Assembly (NCBI GenBank): GCA_000320545.1
Contig: ADNK01002828.1
Coordinates: 1-64,000 of the forward strand
Direction: 5' to 3'
DNA: 64,000 bases
From: Bigelowiella natans CCMP2755
Lineage: Eukaryota; Protista; Cercozoa
The translations under genes and the position numbers were made by a program. Positions 43,169-56,551 of this stretch are shown here, in pieces (positions within the stretch are counted from its first letter, which is position 1; every line of letters starts with the position of its first letter). The notes under the pieces were generated by a model. It was not told where the DNA came from, made no database searches, and saw nothing but the letters and a program-made list of their open reading frames with translations.

Positions 43169-43196
43169 TCAGGGTTGGGGTCAGGGTTGGGGTTGG
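43169..43196 (+). repeat. Degenerate telomere-type hexamer array TCAGGG-TTGGGG-TCAGGG-TTGGGG-TTGG
   Basis: Each unit is one TA>CA or TA>TG change away from TTAGGG. Confidence 0.8.
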
Positions 43197-43629
43197 AGCA
43201 GCAAACTTCTTTGCAACGTTTTGGAAATGCAGTTTCACAGTTTTTCATCATTGTCTCGTTTTGCACCCAAAATCGATTGACCATTTTCACTTGGTTCAGC
43301 GCATTTGCGATTCAACGCGCGCGTTTGACAACACAGCACGCAGCAACGCAACGCAGAGCAGCATTGATTGATTCACTTGCAATTTTTGCAAGACGGGCGT
43401 TTTTTTGTGACGAGCAGGATGGCAGTCGGTGCAGCACTTCCACCCGCACAAGTGCATCTGTCGGGAGAGAACAACAACATTGCGATGCAAGAGAAAGTGC
43501 ACCTTCACACAACAATTGAATCAAAGTGCAATTGTGTCATCATCATTGCATCTTTTGCCCTGCTTGCGACGACGACCAACGATTGAGTCCACGTGTTGTT
43601 TGATGACAAACTCGAGAATCGATTCAAAG

Positions 43630-44195
43630 GGCTAGAGGGGACAACCTAGCAACGTTCCTCGCTGAATCCACGTTTCACTCCCCCTTTCGTGTTCGATTTT
43701 GCGATGTGCAGATCGCTGAACGTGCCAACGGATCCACCAAACACGTGTGAATTTCTGGTGTGATGCACCTTCCCAATCTCCACCACCACGTTTTTTGCAT
43801 CGTCTTCTTCGCCTCCTTCGCCCACCTCCTCGTCTGTCGTTTTCAACACCATTTCCACGTCCTGTGTGGCAACAGCGTCTGTTTGTGTTGGTGTTTGTGT
43901 TTGTGTTTGTGCACACGCACATTCACACACAAGACACACACACACCCACACCTAGCTAGCTAGCCAGCTAGACACCCACACACACCCACACACAGTTCTG
44001 GAATTGAGGAATGATGGCCCCACTCTGCCACCTTTTTGAACCACTCTGGCACTTGCGATTTGATAATTTTGGGCGCGTGACGCCAGGTTTCATGCAGGTT
44101 GGTGTTCACAACCTCCATTGCTTTCTGCAGCATGTTGCTGCACTGCTGGTGCAGTTTTTGAGGCAGGCCCCTTCCAGTCATCGAATGCCACCTGC
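43630..44195 (-). pseudogene. Possible decayed gene or element relic (two exon-like blocks) inside TpA-depleted island 2
   Basis: Complex, protein-like, Tyr-free frames (RWHSMTGRGLPQKLHQQCSNMLQKAMEVVNTNLHETWRHAPKIIKSQVPEWFKKVAEWGHHSSIPE; DVEMVLKTTDEEVGEGGEEDDAKNVVVEIGKVHH...) separated by intron-like CA/TG/CTAG repeats; no family recognised. Confidence 0.35.
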
Positions 44196-45117
44196 TGGCC
44201 TGCCTTCTCCCCTTCTTTTTGTCTTTGTCTTCCCATCCTCCCATTTTTTCCCTTTCCTGTGCACGATGATGATGATGATGGACACAGCAACATGGTGTGT
44301 GATGAACATTGTGCATTGCTGTGTCCATCATTGTGCAACATGCAAGCATGCATCACATCATGCGAAGCGAACGATCGAAGCCAATGAACTAGTGAATGCC
44401 AATCACCACAAAAGGAGCGAACCACACACACAGCAACCAACCTAGCTAGCTAGCAACCCCTGTGACCCCATCCCCCCTCATGCTAGCATGGCACGTTAGA
44501 AGCACACATTGTGGCTAGCACAGACATCTAGACGATGCACAGCGGCGTGCGCATGAAGTGCGCGAAAATTCGCTTGTCCTTTTTGGACAATGTTTTTATC
44601 GATTTGACTTCCGTTACATGATGGCACATTTTGGGCAAAAATGAACGTGCATGAATGCTCCGGAATGTTTCGGGAACATTCTAGCATTGCTGCCGCATCA
44701 ACGTATGACGGTAGGACTCTCGAACCGGGAAGCTTGGGATGGCATTGCGCACATCACGCATGCATGCGCACCACTGTAGACCAGCTGCTGCATGAAACAG
44801 CACACAAACAAGCTCTGCTTGCTAGCTAGCTTGGTGTGAGAGCTTGTTGAGCTTGTGACATTCCAAAACAAGTGACAATCTGTGATCTTGTGATGTTTGT
44901 CACAGCATGCAACAATGCACAGTCTAGACAGTAAACGACAGTAAACGTTGCACAGTTGCACAGTGCATCACATCGACGATGAAATCCGGCACATTAATCG
45001 AAATTGTAGTGGGTATCTCAAGGTTGATCATGAAATAGGTTGTGCAATTTTGGCAAAATTTTGCGACAAATGGCTTCCAATCGTTAGCTGCACTTTGTAA
45101 CTAGACACTGAGTGGAG

Positions 45118-45549
45118 TTATTTACACCAGTGATCTGATTTTTTTTTAGTTCGTTGCTCCAAGAGGTCACTAGCTGAACCTTTTGTAATATATCTCCCAC
45201 CTACATACATGAACTCCTTTGCAGAGGGGACACTTGAATTGGCCATCATTTTCTTTAAATTGTCTTCCCCGATGGACTTAAATAACAAGGCTTGAGCTCT
45301 ATCTTCTGTAAGTGGCTGGGCCGTTTCCTTTTTCTCTTTTTTCAATTTTTTCTTCCTCTTTTTTGCTCGTTTATCCTTTTTATCGAAGCCTCCCTATGTG
45401 AATGCAACTTTTGAGGGTAATTCTGGGCGTAATAGAAATTCTTCAACCTTCAGTTTCAGCATTCCCTTTCTAGTTTTCTTCATAACCTCCGATAATCCCT
45501 CTCTTTTCTTGGACCTCTTTTTTGGCTTCCCTTCATTCTTGGTGCTCAT
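45118..45549 (-). CDS. Small Lys-rich protein of unknown function (~125 aa; further upstream exons possible)
   Basis: Exons 45448-45549 (MSTKNEGKPKKRSKK...) and 45118-45393 join in phase 0 across a 54-nt GT-AG intron. Confidence 0.6.
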
Positions 45550-46661
45550 AACGATCTATCAAATGTAAACTGAAATTTTGGTGTGCTTTCATGATTAATG
45601 GCCATCGCCATAAATTAATGAAAGGAATGCATAGTAGCTTGTCTACGATGGAACCATTTAATTAGTTGGTGAAGGAGAGTCGACAATCAGAGAGTAAGAT
45701 ACACGGATATATGGATTTACATTAGGTCATAGGTCGCATATTTTTATCATTAACAGCGCTTAGACTACCCTGAAGAGCACAGCTCTCTTTTTCTTCTCTC
45801 TCCCTCCTCGCTTCCTCTTTCCACGAAGGGTTTGAGAATTGACTCAATCTTCTGAGATAAAATATTCGTATTGATTCTTAGTCAGATAACATGTCGCCAC
45901 CTTTAAATGGAATGGATTCACAAATATATTCAATCACACCCTCTAAGACAATCAATTTATTGAGTCGTACTTAAGAAACTAATCCCAAAACTGGTAACGC
46001 ACTCTGCCCAACGCACTTTTCTCATCTGTTCTATTTTTCCAGTACATTTTTTTGGAAGTTTGTAGTTGAAAGATTTTCAAGACGACTTCTCCTGGCATAA
46101 GGCACAAATAACAAGTCGTATCTATGGTAGGTACAAACCAAAGGAAAAGGGCCTGTGAGCCCCCTCTCACTATGATGGTTTTCCATATGATACGACAAGG
46201 GATTCAAGTTGACGCAAAGTAAAAATCAGAAACATTCACAGGACGGAGAGGACGGACGACAGCGAGCAATTTAATTTTACGGCATGTGAAATGTGGTCTG
46301 TACATTTGGAACGACATGATGTTAATGAAGGTTAGGATGCAATTTCAAGGCGAATTTTTGCAGAGAATGCATGACCATTGTGTTGTGAGTCTTAAAAGAC
46401 CTTGCGATCCCCTACCCTCATCAGCTTGCTCGTAGAACATCAACATTCACCGCGGGTTGCCAACTGCTTTTAAAATATACTTATTTAAAATTTTCTCATG
46501 ATTGTAGAAATAAAGTTGTGAGAATGAATGGGAAAACTACTCTTGATTACTGATACTTGCGCCCGGTGTATGAACGAAGAGAAAGTTCCGAAATTTTTTA
46601 ACTGTTTTCATTGGATACTCAGAACCTTTTGAGGAGGAGCTGTGTTATCTCTCTACGCAGT

Positions 46662-47597
46662 ATGTCTTCCAATAGTGGAGAAGAAAAGGCTGAAACTGAA
46701 AATGATGCAGAATCAATCAGTATTGAGGCAATACTTGCTGCAAAGAAAAACTACTTCTCCATCGAAAATGATGCGGATGCCGAAACCACAGGCGTTGGTG
46801 GTCAAATGAAAACCCAAGAGTACAATACTCTGGTTTGTGTTATATCCCATACATAATAGTAATTTTATTACATAATACACACGTGTCTTACATTCTTAGC
46901 ACTCAACACATACTAATTTGGTTACACATGTAAAATGTTTTGTAAAATCATCATCAGATTGTTCCGAACTTGGAGCCAAAGTATCCTTCACGATCAAGCT
47001 CTGTAAGAAAAATGAATCTTATGTATGTCTGTATGCATCAGCAACTATCATCACTCACATCGGTGGAGAAAATAACGTGCGCTGATTGATCTTGTTGGGT
47101 AGTAGATTGTCATCATTGCAAAGAGAGTCTACTACTTCCCCGACGTATAGGCGTCGTCACTGTAGTAGTAGTAGTAGTAGTAGTAGTAGTGTGAAAAGTA
47201 TCGAAAGAGTCGAACGACGGTGTGAGGACCTTGTGCCTTTGATGCGAAATTCCCCACTACAAACATTATCATAATATACTATATAGTGATATTTGTTTTA
47301 TTAGCTAGAAAATTACCTGCTGTCACCAATTTTTATTTGGTTCTCTTTCGATTAGATTTTTTCTTCGTCTTCGTTTCTGGGATCCTCGCGATTTTTTGTG
47401 CTTATGATTCTCTTCGTGTGCAACACGGTACTACTAAGAAAAATGAAAGAGGATTTACATGAGAATGCTATGTATATTATATATATATATATATATATAT
47501 ATGTTAATATATCTACATATTTCCCTATTGATTCTACGGCTACTTGCGGTCGGGTAGATATGTTAGGACATCCATCAACACCCATTCTATTATTTCC

Positions 47598-47632
<35 letters not shown>

Positions 47633-48745
47633 GTTGCTGCTGCTGCTGCTGCTGCTACTAATTTGTTGTTTCAACGATGATCAGGCGATGTACCTTGCTC
47701 GAATAAATCTGTCAGTAGCTATTGTGTACATGTACACCGATGACCAGGTTAGTTACTCACTCACAACTGGTACATTCTCGTTAGTTTGATAATAGGTAGG
47801 CGATTGGATAATGGAGGACATATGCATCGTCATCATCAGCAGCAGCAGCAACAGCAGCACCTAGTGTCATTATGACGGTGTTCGCACAACAAATATATAG
47901 TAGTAGAGAGTAATATATGGTGAAGAACGATTCTGAAGTAACAATTTCGATATCATTGTCATCTCACAAAGGCATAATTGCCGCCGACAGCCTCCTGTAT
48001 AAAAGCAGCATCGTTGTTTAGTCGTTTCCCGTAGTAGTGTTGATGGATGCATTTGTTGCCAACTTATAATAATGAACAGGAATTTGAGAAATCGGTAGCT
48101 CTATCCGCATTTTACTGGGGTGGGTAAACTCACCAGCAGCAGCAGCCTACATTTTACCGCGTAGTCATAGTACTCTCCTCCTCGTTGATGGGGAAAAGAA
48201 GCAGAAGAAGAAGAAGAAGAAGAAGAAGAAGAAGAACAACAACAACAACAACAACAACACGATGGAGACTGCCAATATCCGCAGCAAGCTATTTAGTATC
48301 ATCCTCCGGTTAATGAAGTGATGATCTACTCTCCCAATGTGTAGTGAGTAGTCCCTTACATTTTTTACACTAATCACACCATGTATGACTATTCTGCGGC
48401 TTAAAAGTACACTTGCACTTTTAGGGTATGCAAGCTCTCAGATATTGGCTGGGTATCTAGCTGCAAGATATGGAGGGAAGAAAATCCTTCTCTTGTCCTT
48501 CTTAGGTGCTGCTAATTCGTGTGTCACTTCATTCTCATCGCTATTGTTGCCATCATGCCGTTACTATTTATTATCTTGAATATCATTTTGTTCTTAAATA
48601 GTTTTCACTTGTTCTTAAAGTCTCTTATTATTATTACTATCGCGATCTATATTTACCAGGTACTGGAATAGGAACATGCTTGATCCCTATCCACGAGTCG
48701 TTGTGGAGCATGGTCATCTTTAGAGCAATCATTGGCATTTGTCAG

Positions 48746-48778
<33 letters not shown>

Positions 48779-50338
48779 ACAACACACCATGAAGAAGAAT
48801 GAATGAATGATGAAGGCCGGTGGGGAGGGGAGGAAAGGAAGAAGAGAGATTGATGGATGACTAGAAGAACATAGCAGCGGCCTGGTGGTGGTACTACCAC
48901 TTGAGAAGGGTGAGATGATGATGATGATGATGATGGTGCATCGAAGATAGACGAAGAAGGGGAAGCAGCAGTAACAGCTGCAACATCCTAATATAAACGA
49001 TAACGTGCTACTTCGATCATCGTAGTATCATATATTATTGTTATTGTTATTATTATTATTATTTATTATTATTAAATGGTAGGGTGCAAGCTATCCTTCC
49101 CAAATGGCTCTGTTATCCGGTTGGATCCCCTGGTAATAAATAACAACGATATTCCTTATCTTGCTAATACTACTAAATAAAGTGGTGCTACCGACCTATC
49201 CTATCCTATCAGGTTTGAACGATCACGAGCATTGTCGATTATTTCTGCAGGGGAATCATTAGGTAGTACAATACTAGTAGTTATAGTAGTAGTAGTAGTA
49301 GTAGTAGTGTCGTCATCGTCGCTCAAAGAATGAATAAAAATAATAAGGTGATAATCAAATCTTGAAATACCAGATATAGTAGCAGCAGAAACAACAAGAG
49401 AAGATCGTTCATTCAAAGAGAGTTGTTGTAATTTTAGATTATTGTTGCTGGTATTTTTATTAAAGGCACGATAATTACTTTATTTGGAGGTCCATATATC
49501 GTAAATATGTGCAACTGCTGGTCTGGGCTATTCTACGCTACAGGAATAGCCAATTTGGTATGTTTTCGTATTGATGATAGATGGATGATGATGATAATGA
49601 TACATCCTATGGTGACAACTGCGATGACGATGGTGGTTACTGGTGGTAGGTGGAGATGTTCATCAATCAATCAATCTATCTATCTATCTACCTATCTATC
49701 ATCGGAGTATTATTATTATTTCACCATCCAATATCTTTTCATTCGTCTCTCATATATTATCCATTGACTACTCGCTCTCTCAGGTCGTTTTTGTAATAAT
49801 ATCTCTCATGCTATTCGAGACACCTGAGGAAATGAAAGAATGGTTAGGACATACTACTAATATCAATGATGATGATGATGATGATGAAGATGATGGATTA
49901 GGGTTAGGGTTAGGGTTAGGGTTAGGTATCTATTGATACTCCCATTACTACCACAAATTCGCTGCTGCTGCTTCTACTACTACTACACGTTTTCTATGAA
50001 AACAACAAGGGAATAATAATACCTAACTTAAGCACTGTTTCTACTACTACTACTTCTACTACCACTACTACTACTACTGCGGACAAAATCACGCATCACA
50101 TCACATCACAACACATTTTAATGCTGCTTTTACTGCTGCTTGTGGATGATGAAGTGTTGTACTCTTCAGTTAAATCCGGTTTATTTGTGTTAACGCAGCA
50201 GCAGCAGCATATATTATTCTTTCTCTATACCACCTGCTGTTGAATTGTCATCTAGATACAAATTGGTTTTCTCCGTCTATTTTTTGCACCAACTAGTCCC
50301 TCAACACCTCTTATCTCGATTCTTCTTTTCCCTATTTT

Positions 50339-50369
<31 letters not shown>

Positions 50370-51057
50370 TAATAATAAAGGGGTTGGCTGAGTAGTGCCG
50401 AGATGAGATTCTTAAACTCTGATTCTGCTCGTCCAAGAAGAAGAAGAACAAGATCTAGAAGCTTACTTGACAATGGTGACAGTCAATATCGTGATCATGA
50501 CACGGTAGTAGTATATGGTCAACCATAATAATGATAATAATCATTACGATGATAATGATGACGATGATGATGATAATAATGATAATGATACATCGGCAAT
50601 CTCCATATGGTTTTGTGCTCATTATCATACACATACCCCCCTCCCCCCCATTTTCTGGGAATTATTCGTTTTCTACTTCTTTATTGTTGTTGTTGCTGTT
50701 GTTATTTTTTCATCAGATTCCTTACGGCAAGTTTTTGCGGTCTATACCGTATCTATCTACGGTGGCAATTCATTTTTGTAGTGACTGGGGCTACTTGTTA
50801 ATACTGTGTTACCTTCCTTCGTATTGGCGAAATGTCTACCAAGTTAGCGACTCACAGATGGCTTTTTTCTCGGTAGTAGTAGTAGTAGTAGTAGTAGTAG
50901 CAGTAGCTAAACAGTAGGTAGTTAGTAAGGAGCACCAAAATGACGACGACGACAACGACGACGACTGATACAATATGTGTTTTTATTATTCTCCTAGGTA
51001 CTACCATGCATTGGAATTCCAATCGTTTCTATATTTGGGGCTACTTTTGCTGATTGG

Positions 51058-51098
<41 letters not shown>

Positions 51099-51133
51099 AA
51101 TATTCGTGCTTACTACACCCACTATCACTTTCC

Positions 51134-51169
<36 letters not shown>

Positions 51170-51252
51170 TTATATACTCATACTCAGGCTATTATCTCAA
51201 AAAGTGTCGCTCCTTCAGGTTTATCATCACCCAAAGTGCTCTCTTTGAGGGG

Positions 51253-51297
<45 letters not shown>

Positions 51298-52401
51298 CTT
51301 TCATCGTCATGACAGAAAATCTTTAAATATATTGTTGGTCTATTCTTGTTCTACTACATGCTCTAATAATAACAACTAACACTTCTTCTTCTTAAGGTTC
51401 GTAAGAGCATGTCAGTACTAGGGTTGGGCCTACCAGCTCTATGCTTTCACCTCTTATCTTACTGTACGATCAGAATACAATATCAATCCTAATACGTCGA
51501 CTAATCTAATCTAACCGAAACACACTTTATCATTCATGAAAACCACCACCACCACTAATACTACGAACAGACACTAGTAATTACACTAACATCACAGCAG
51601 CAGCAGCAGCAGCAGCAGCAGATGGGTAGAAGAATGTTGGCACATGTTGAATTCGTTGATCGACTAATCGATAAAGGAGATTATTGTGTTGTGCTATTTA
51701 AGCAGCAAGCAATTGTTGATGTTGTTCTGTATTTTGTCTTCTCTCTCATCTGCTCCTATCCGTTCTTACCTTAATATAACGAATCATATCATCATCATCA
51801 TCATATGCTGTATATGCACACACACACACACACAGGTAAACCTTGTCGCGCATCATGTCCTACGTTTTGGTTTGCTGTCTTCACGATGATTGCTGGAGTA
51901 TCCTTTAGAGGGTGGCTTGTTATAATAATAATAATAACACAAACACACGTGTTTGAGAACTGAACAGCAGCAGCAGCAACAACAACAACAGTAACACAAA
52001 CAAAGAAACTACATAAACACACACACACACACTTACACAGATTTCAGACTGGAGGTTGGGCGTCGAATTATCTCGACATAGGGCCTAAGTACGTATCACA
52101 CTTGTTCTCAATCGCAAATAGCGTAGGAGCTGTTTCCGGTATTTTAGCTCCTTTGGTCACTGGAGCTATTATTTCTGATGGGGTAGGTTGTACCTTCCTT
52201 TTACTATTACTACTACGAATAACTAGTACGAATAACTAATACTCTATCTACGTGTGTGGTGTGATGAATTTTCCATATTCTACCAGCCTCTATTATTCCA
52301 GCATAAACAAAAAGAAGAAGAAGAAGAAAGAGTTTTTGCAAAGATTTTGGTGCTGGCTGCTCTACTACTTGTTGCCTCAAACCTTATCTTTCAGACATAT
52401 A

Positions 52402-52433
<32 letters not shown>

Positions 52434-52620
52434 ATCGACTCTAAATTACTTCATGGATACTACTAATGCAATGCTGTTTCACACTATCTATCTGTGATAA
52501 ATGTCATTATTATTTAAGGTCGGTAACTGGGGTGTAGTCTTCAATATGGTTGCAGTTATGTACGTTCTTGGAGGCGTTGTATTCTACATTTTTGGCAAAG
52601 CTCATGTTCTTTTTGATTGA
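46662..52620 (+). CDS. MFS anion:cation symporter (SLC17/sialin/PHT4-like)
   Basis: Spliced: YLARINLSVAIV, LSAFYWGYASSQILAGYLAARYGGK, RAIIGICQGASYPS...WIPWFERSR, SNYLDIGPKY...IANSVGAVSGILAPLVTG, WGVVF...FYIFG; stop TGA 52618-52620. Confidence 0.92.
49898..49926 (+). repeat. Intact intronic (TTAGGG) array, about 5 copies
   Basis: TTAGGG x4 plus TTAGG inside an SLC17 intron. Confidence 0.9.
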
Positions 52621-53399
52621 GGTGCTTGATGATAGATGATAATGACGATGATGAGCAAAAGAGAAGCATAATACTCAACACGTGTATTTTTAATTTAATG
52701 TAATTTTGCAAAAAACAGCATTATTCTCAACTTTTTACTAATCTATTATTAGAATGAGTGAGAGAGGTAGATAGCATAGGCAAGCAGGTGCCAGGCCAAG
52801 GACATATGTATAAATGTAGTAATTGTCATCATCATTGTGACGTGAAAAGCTTCACATATACTTTGAGCATGACCTTTTTGAGGTTGGGCATCATGTTGCA
52901 GTAGGAATCATGAGTGTGCATCATCTCACTTTGCATGCAAAGATGTAGTTGTTGTAAATAACGTCGATAAATCCATCTGGAACTTCAGAAGTTCAAAATA
53001 AGTATAATTTATTTCATCCTTGGAAGTGCTATACAGGCCTCCTTGCGTGCTATTTCCATGCTCTACAAAAATGTTAGACCATCATGCATGACTTATAAAC
53101 GGCTGATACGTGTAGATATTGGGCATGCCATTGTACCAAGAATATTATTCTTGCAAACACAAAATTGAAAATAATAGACATAAATCATATCATGCATATG
53201 CATTATATTGCATTGTCTATAACAAATATATCTCCTATAGTCGTTGATGTTGCCACGTGCAATAATGCACGCTCTGTGAAGAAACAAATGAGCTTTGTTG
53301 AAAGGCTTTGTCTGGGACACATTTATGATAGCTAGATAGACACATAGTGACGTGATGTACATCATTCATGTATCATATTACATTGTCTATGATGAAGAT

Positions 53400-54130
53400 A
53401 ACAACAATGCACCTGACCACCTAGATGATCATTCCTGTTCGTTGTGGTTCGCTGTGCACGAACTGTGGCTAGTACTGCGAAGTGTCGTAGTGCATTCATG
53501 CATGCATTGCCGCCATCTTGTAATCTAGCCATGCTAGCATGTCTGAGAGGAAGTCTAGAAGTCCGTTCATGCCACATGGCACGCGTCTACACATGCTATG
53601 CTAGCATGGCTGACTATATGACAATCTCTCTACTGTCGTCTAGCTAGCATGTACGTCTAGACGTACGTACTAGCAACCATGCTAGCGCAGCAACGGCACT
53701 ACCGCACCTCAGCAAAGCCGATACCAACGGCACAGCTCGGTCGCAATTGCTCTGTCAGTTGTTCCCTAGTTGCGTGTCATCATGTCTGTCTGTGCATTGT
53801 CCTTGATGCCTAGCGCATGCGTGTGCAGGATGACACATCTAGACATGCTAGCATGTGATGTCGACATCAGCACGCAACCATCGTCTAGATTGTGTCCAAG
53901 TTTACGGACAGTTGCTACATGCACTGCGCTTTACATGGCCATCTGTACGTAGATGTAGCCATGCACACAATAATAGACATAGTAATAGCATATATAATAA
54001 TACATATGATATTACGTGTCTATAATCACAGCTAGACAGCACTACTGCGAGCGCATCTATTCATCGACAACGACGCAGCAATCGCGTAATCGTGGCCAAA
54101 CACAACATTCATAGAATACTAGACGACACC
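53400..54130. other. CTAG-enriched, partly TpA-depleted intergenic spacer between convergent SLC17 and PP2C genes
   Basis: More than a dozen CTAG words (TCTAGA, GCTAGC, CTAGCTAG) with abundant CATG/TGCA. Confidence 0.7.
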
Positions 54131-54348
54131 ATCATCCACATGAACTGTGCACAACAGCGCTCAATGAGCTTTTACTTGCAACAATTATATAGTATATACG
54201 TTGTGTCTTTTGTTAAATACTAAACTAGGAGAGTTTGGAATGCTGGTATTTAAATAAAATGTACATTGACAGACAGATCTGCTACATGTTCTATCCCAGC
54301 AGTGTTTTAAGTTTTTTACAAATTATTATTCAGTGATAAAGCGACTTG

Positions 54349-54547
54349 TTATTGAAGCGCACAACAGCTACCGATTCGTAACGCCTCCGCTGAAGTTATA
54401 GTTGTTGAATAATGTATTAAATGGGGAATTATCAGCAGCAGCAAATCACAACTAACTCTAAAAAACATACTGTCGATATGATTTCTATGCTTCAGAGCTT
54501 TTGATTCATCCACTTTAACCTGAGAAGTACGTGCCCAGGGATAGACA

Positions 54548-54605
<58 letters not shown>

Positions 54606-55117
54606 CATAACATGCTTGAGACCACCTACTATTGGCAACAACACAGATTACAACTACTACTACCACTACTACTACTACTACAAACTTGTTGGTTGTTAGT
54701 ATTGTTATTACCATGTAGCTATGTGAGTCGTGCAAGTAATCGCATATTATCATGGCAATCCCAAAAGGATTTTCATGCCTAATTCAATGTTGATTCATGT
54801 TATTCAAACAAGTGATGGTGATGATGATGATATGTTGGGAGCTGTTGTTTTCTTAATTTCCATCAATACTTACCCGAAAACTCGAAGCTCGTTCAAACGT
54901 CCCAGGTAGATTGAAATAGGTGGTCTGAATCATACATAGATGTATGCAACATCATCATCATCATCATAGATAACATCGTCATCAAACAACAAAAACTGTG
55001 AATCATATTTTGAGCAACAACAAAATGTCATAGCAAAGATAGCGAATACAAACAACAACGCATCTTCTCACGACAATGGTAGTAACGTTATTATGATCAT
55101 CATGATCATTTTCCAAA

Positions 55118-55153
<36 letters not shown>

Positions 55154-55475
55154 ACGAGAGATCTAAAACTTGATTCCCGGAGATACCACACGAATACGCG
55201 TAGGTACTGTACGCCTACACACAGCAGCATAGCAGCACAAGTGATGATGATGATGATGATGATAGATCATCACCGAATCGATTGGACAATAACCAACCAA
55301 GACATACTTTAGATAGCCATATATGAAGAGATGTAGTATCTTGAGATAATACAACAACAACAACAACAAAGACGCTACTACTAATTGATGCATAGGGTAC
55401 CTTCTCAAACTTTTCGTGTTCTTTCCAATCTCGATATCTCCCAGCCATGTACCGCATTCCTATGTGCCTGAGCCC

Positions 55476-55516
<41 letters not shown>

Positions 55517-55823
55517 AAGAATAAAGAGAGGAAAAACACATTATATGATGATGGATAGATCAACAACACTTCTAAAAAGAAACAGATACACCACAACGAA
55601 CAACTCCCTACAGATATAATTAGAGAATAATTACAAAACTGCACAACAAAATAATGAGCAGCGGTAGGAAAAGTAGTACTTCGACATAGCCGCCTGGTAA
55701 TGAGGACCCATTATTATTGTTATTATCATTATTATCATTATTAGTTATTTTAGTATTATTATCGTCTATCAACGTCATTTTCCATTAAGACTTCGTGAGG
55801 AGAGTACTTCAGACGAGGTAATA

Positions 55824-55862
<39 letters not shown>

Positions 55863-55864
55863 GT

Positions 55865-55899
<35 letters not shown>

Positions 55900-56485
55900 T
55901 TACTACTACGTGCTGCTATTTTGTTATTCGTACTATCTCCTCCTCCTCCTCCTTACTACTACTATTACGTGCTGCTATTTTGTTATTCGTACTATCTCCT
56001 CCTCCTCCTCCTCCTCCTCCTCCTTACTACTACTGTTACTGCTACTACTACTACTACTACTACTACAACTTCTCGCACCACTACTTAGATTCGAGCTCTC
56101 ATGAAATACTAATCACCATCTACTACCTGTGGGGGAAGGGCCTTCTTTTCTTCTTCTTCTTCTTCATCTTGTTGTTGTTGTTGATGATCGTCTACCACTA
56201 TTCTTCTTCTTGTTCTTTTTCTTCTTCTTCTTCCTGGGTCCAAGAAAGAAACGATGAGGCAAGACATATTATCTTTGGATCCACGGTACAAACTATAGTC
56301 GATCAGCCTGAAGATCATATCATGATGATGAGCATGGAAGAGGAAGAAAGGAGGAATAGAGCCAGAGTCAAGGGATAAGGAGTAGAAGGAGGAGGAGGGG
56401 GAGGGGGAGGAGGAGGAGGAGGAGGGTGTAAATGACTAATATACAACGTTTTATTCGTTCGACCTGGAGATGATGGTACACAGCG

Positions 56486-56551
<66 letters not shown>

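Larger units (their letters stand above)
42905..44990. other. TpA-depleted island 2
   Basis: Manual count for 42905-44495: 15 TA dinucleotides, 13 inside CTAG (exceptions TTAG ~43040, ATAA ~44064); partial depletion continues to ~44990. Confidence 0.92.

Noticed and set aside
42802-44961. Dense overlapping ORFs on both strands as a compact gene cluster (also 13568-14486 and 62758-63672)
   Set aside because: Loss of TpA removes TAA and most TAG stops, so long ORFs arise passively; none has recognisable motifs.
49898-49926. Chromosome end or coding Gly-Leu repeat
   Set aside because: Only ~5 units; the exon ends upstream at GAA TG|gttag, so the array is intronic.
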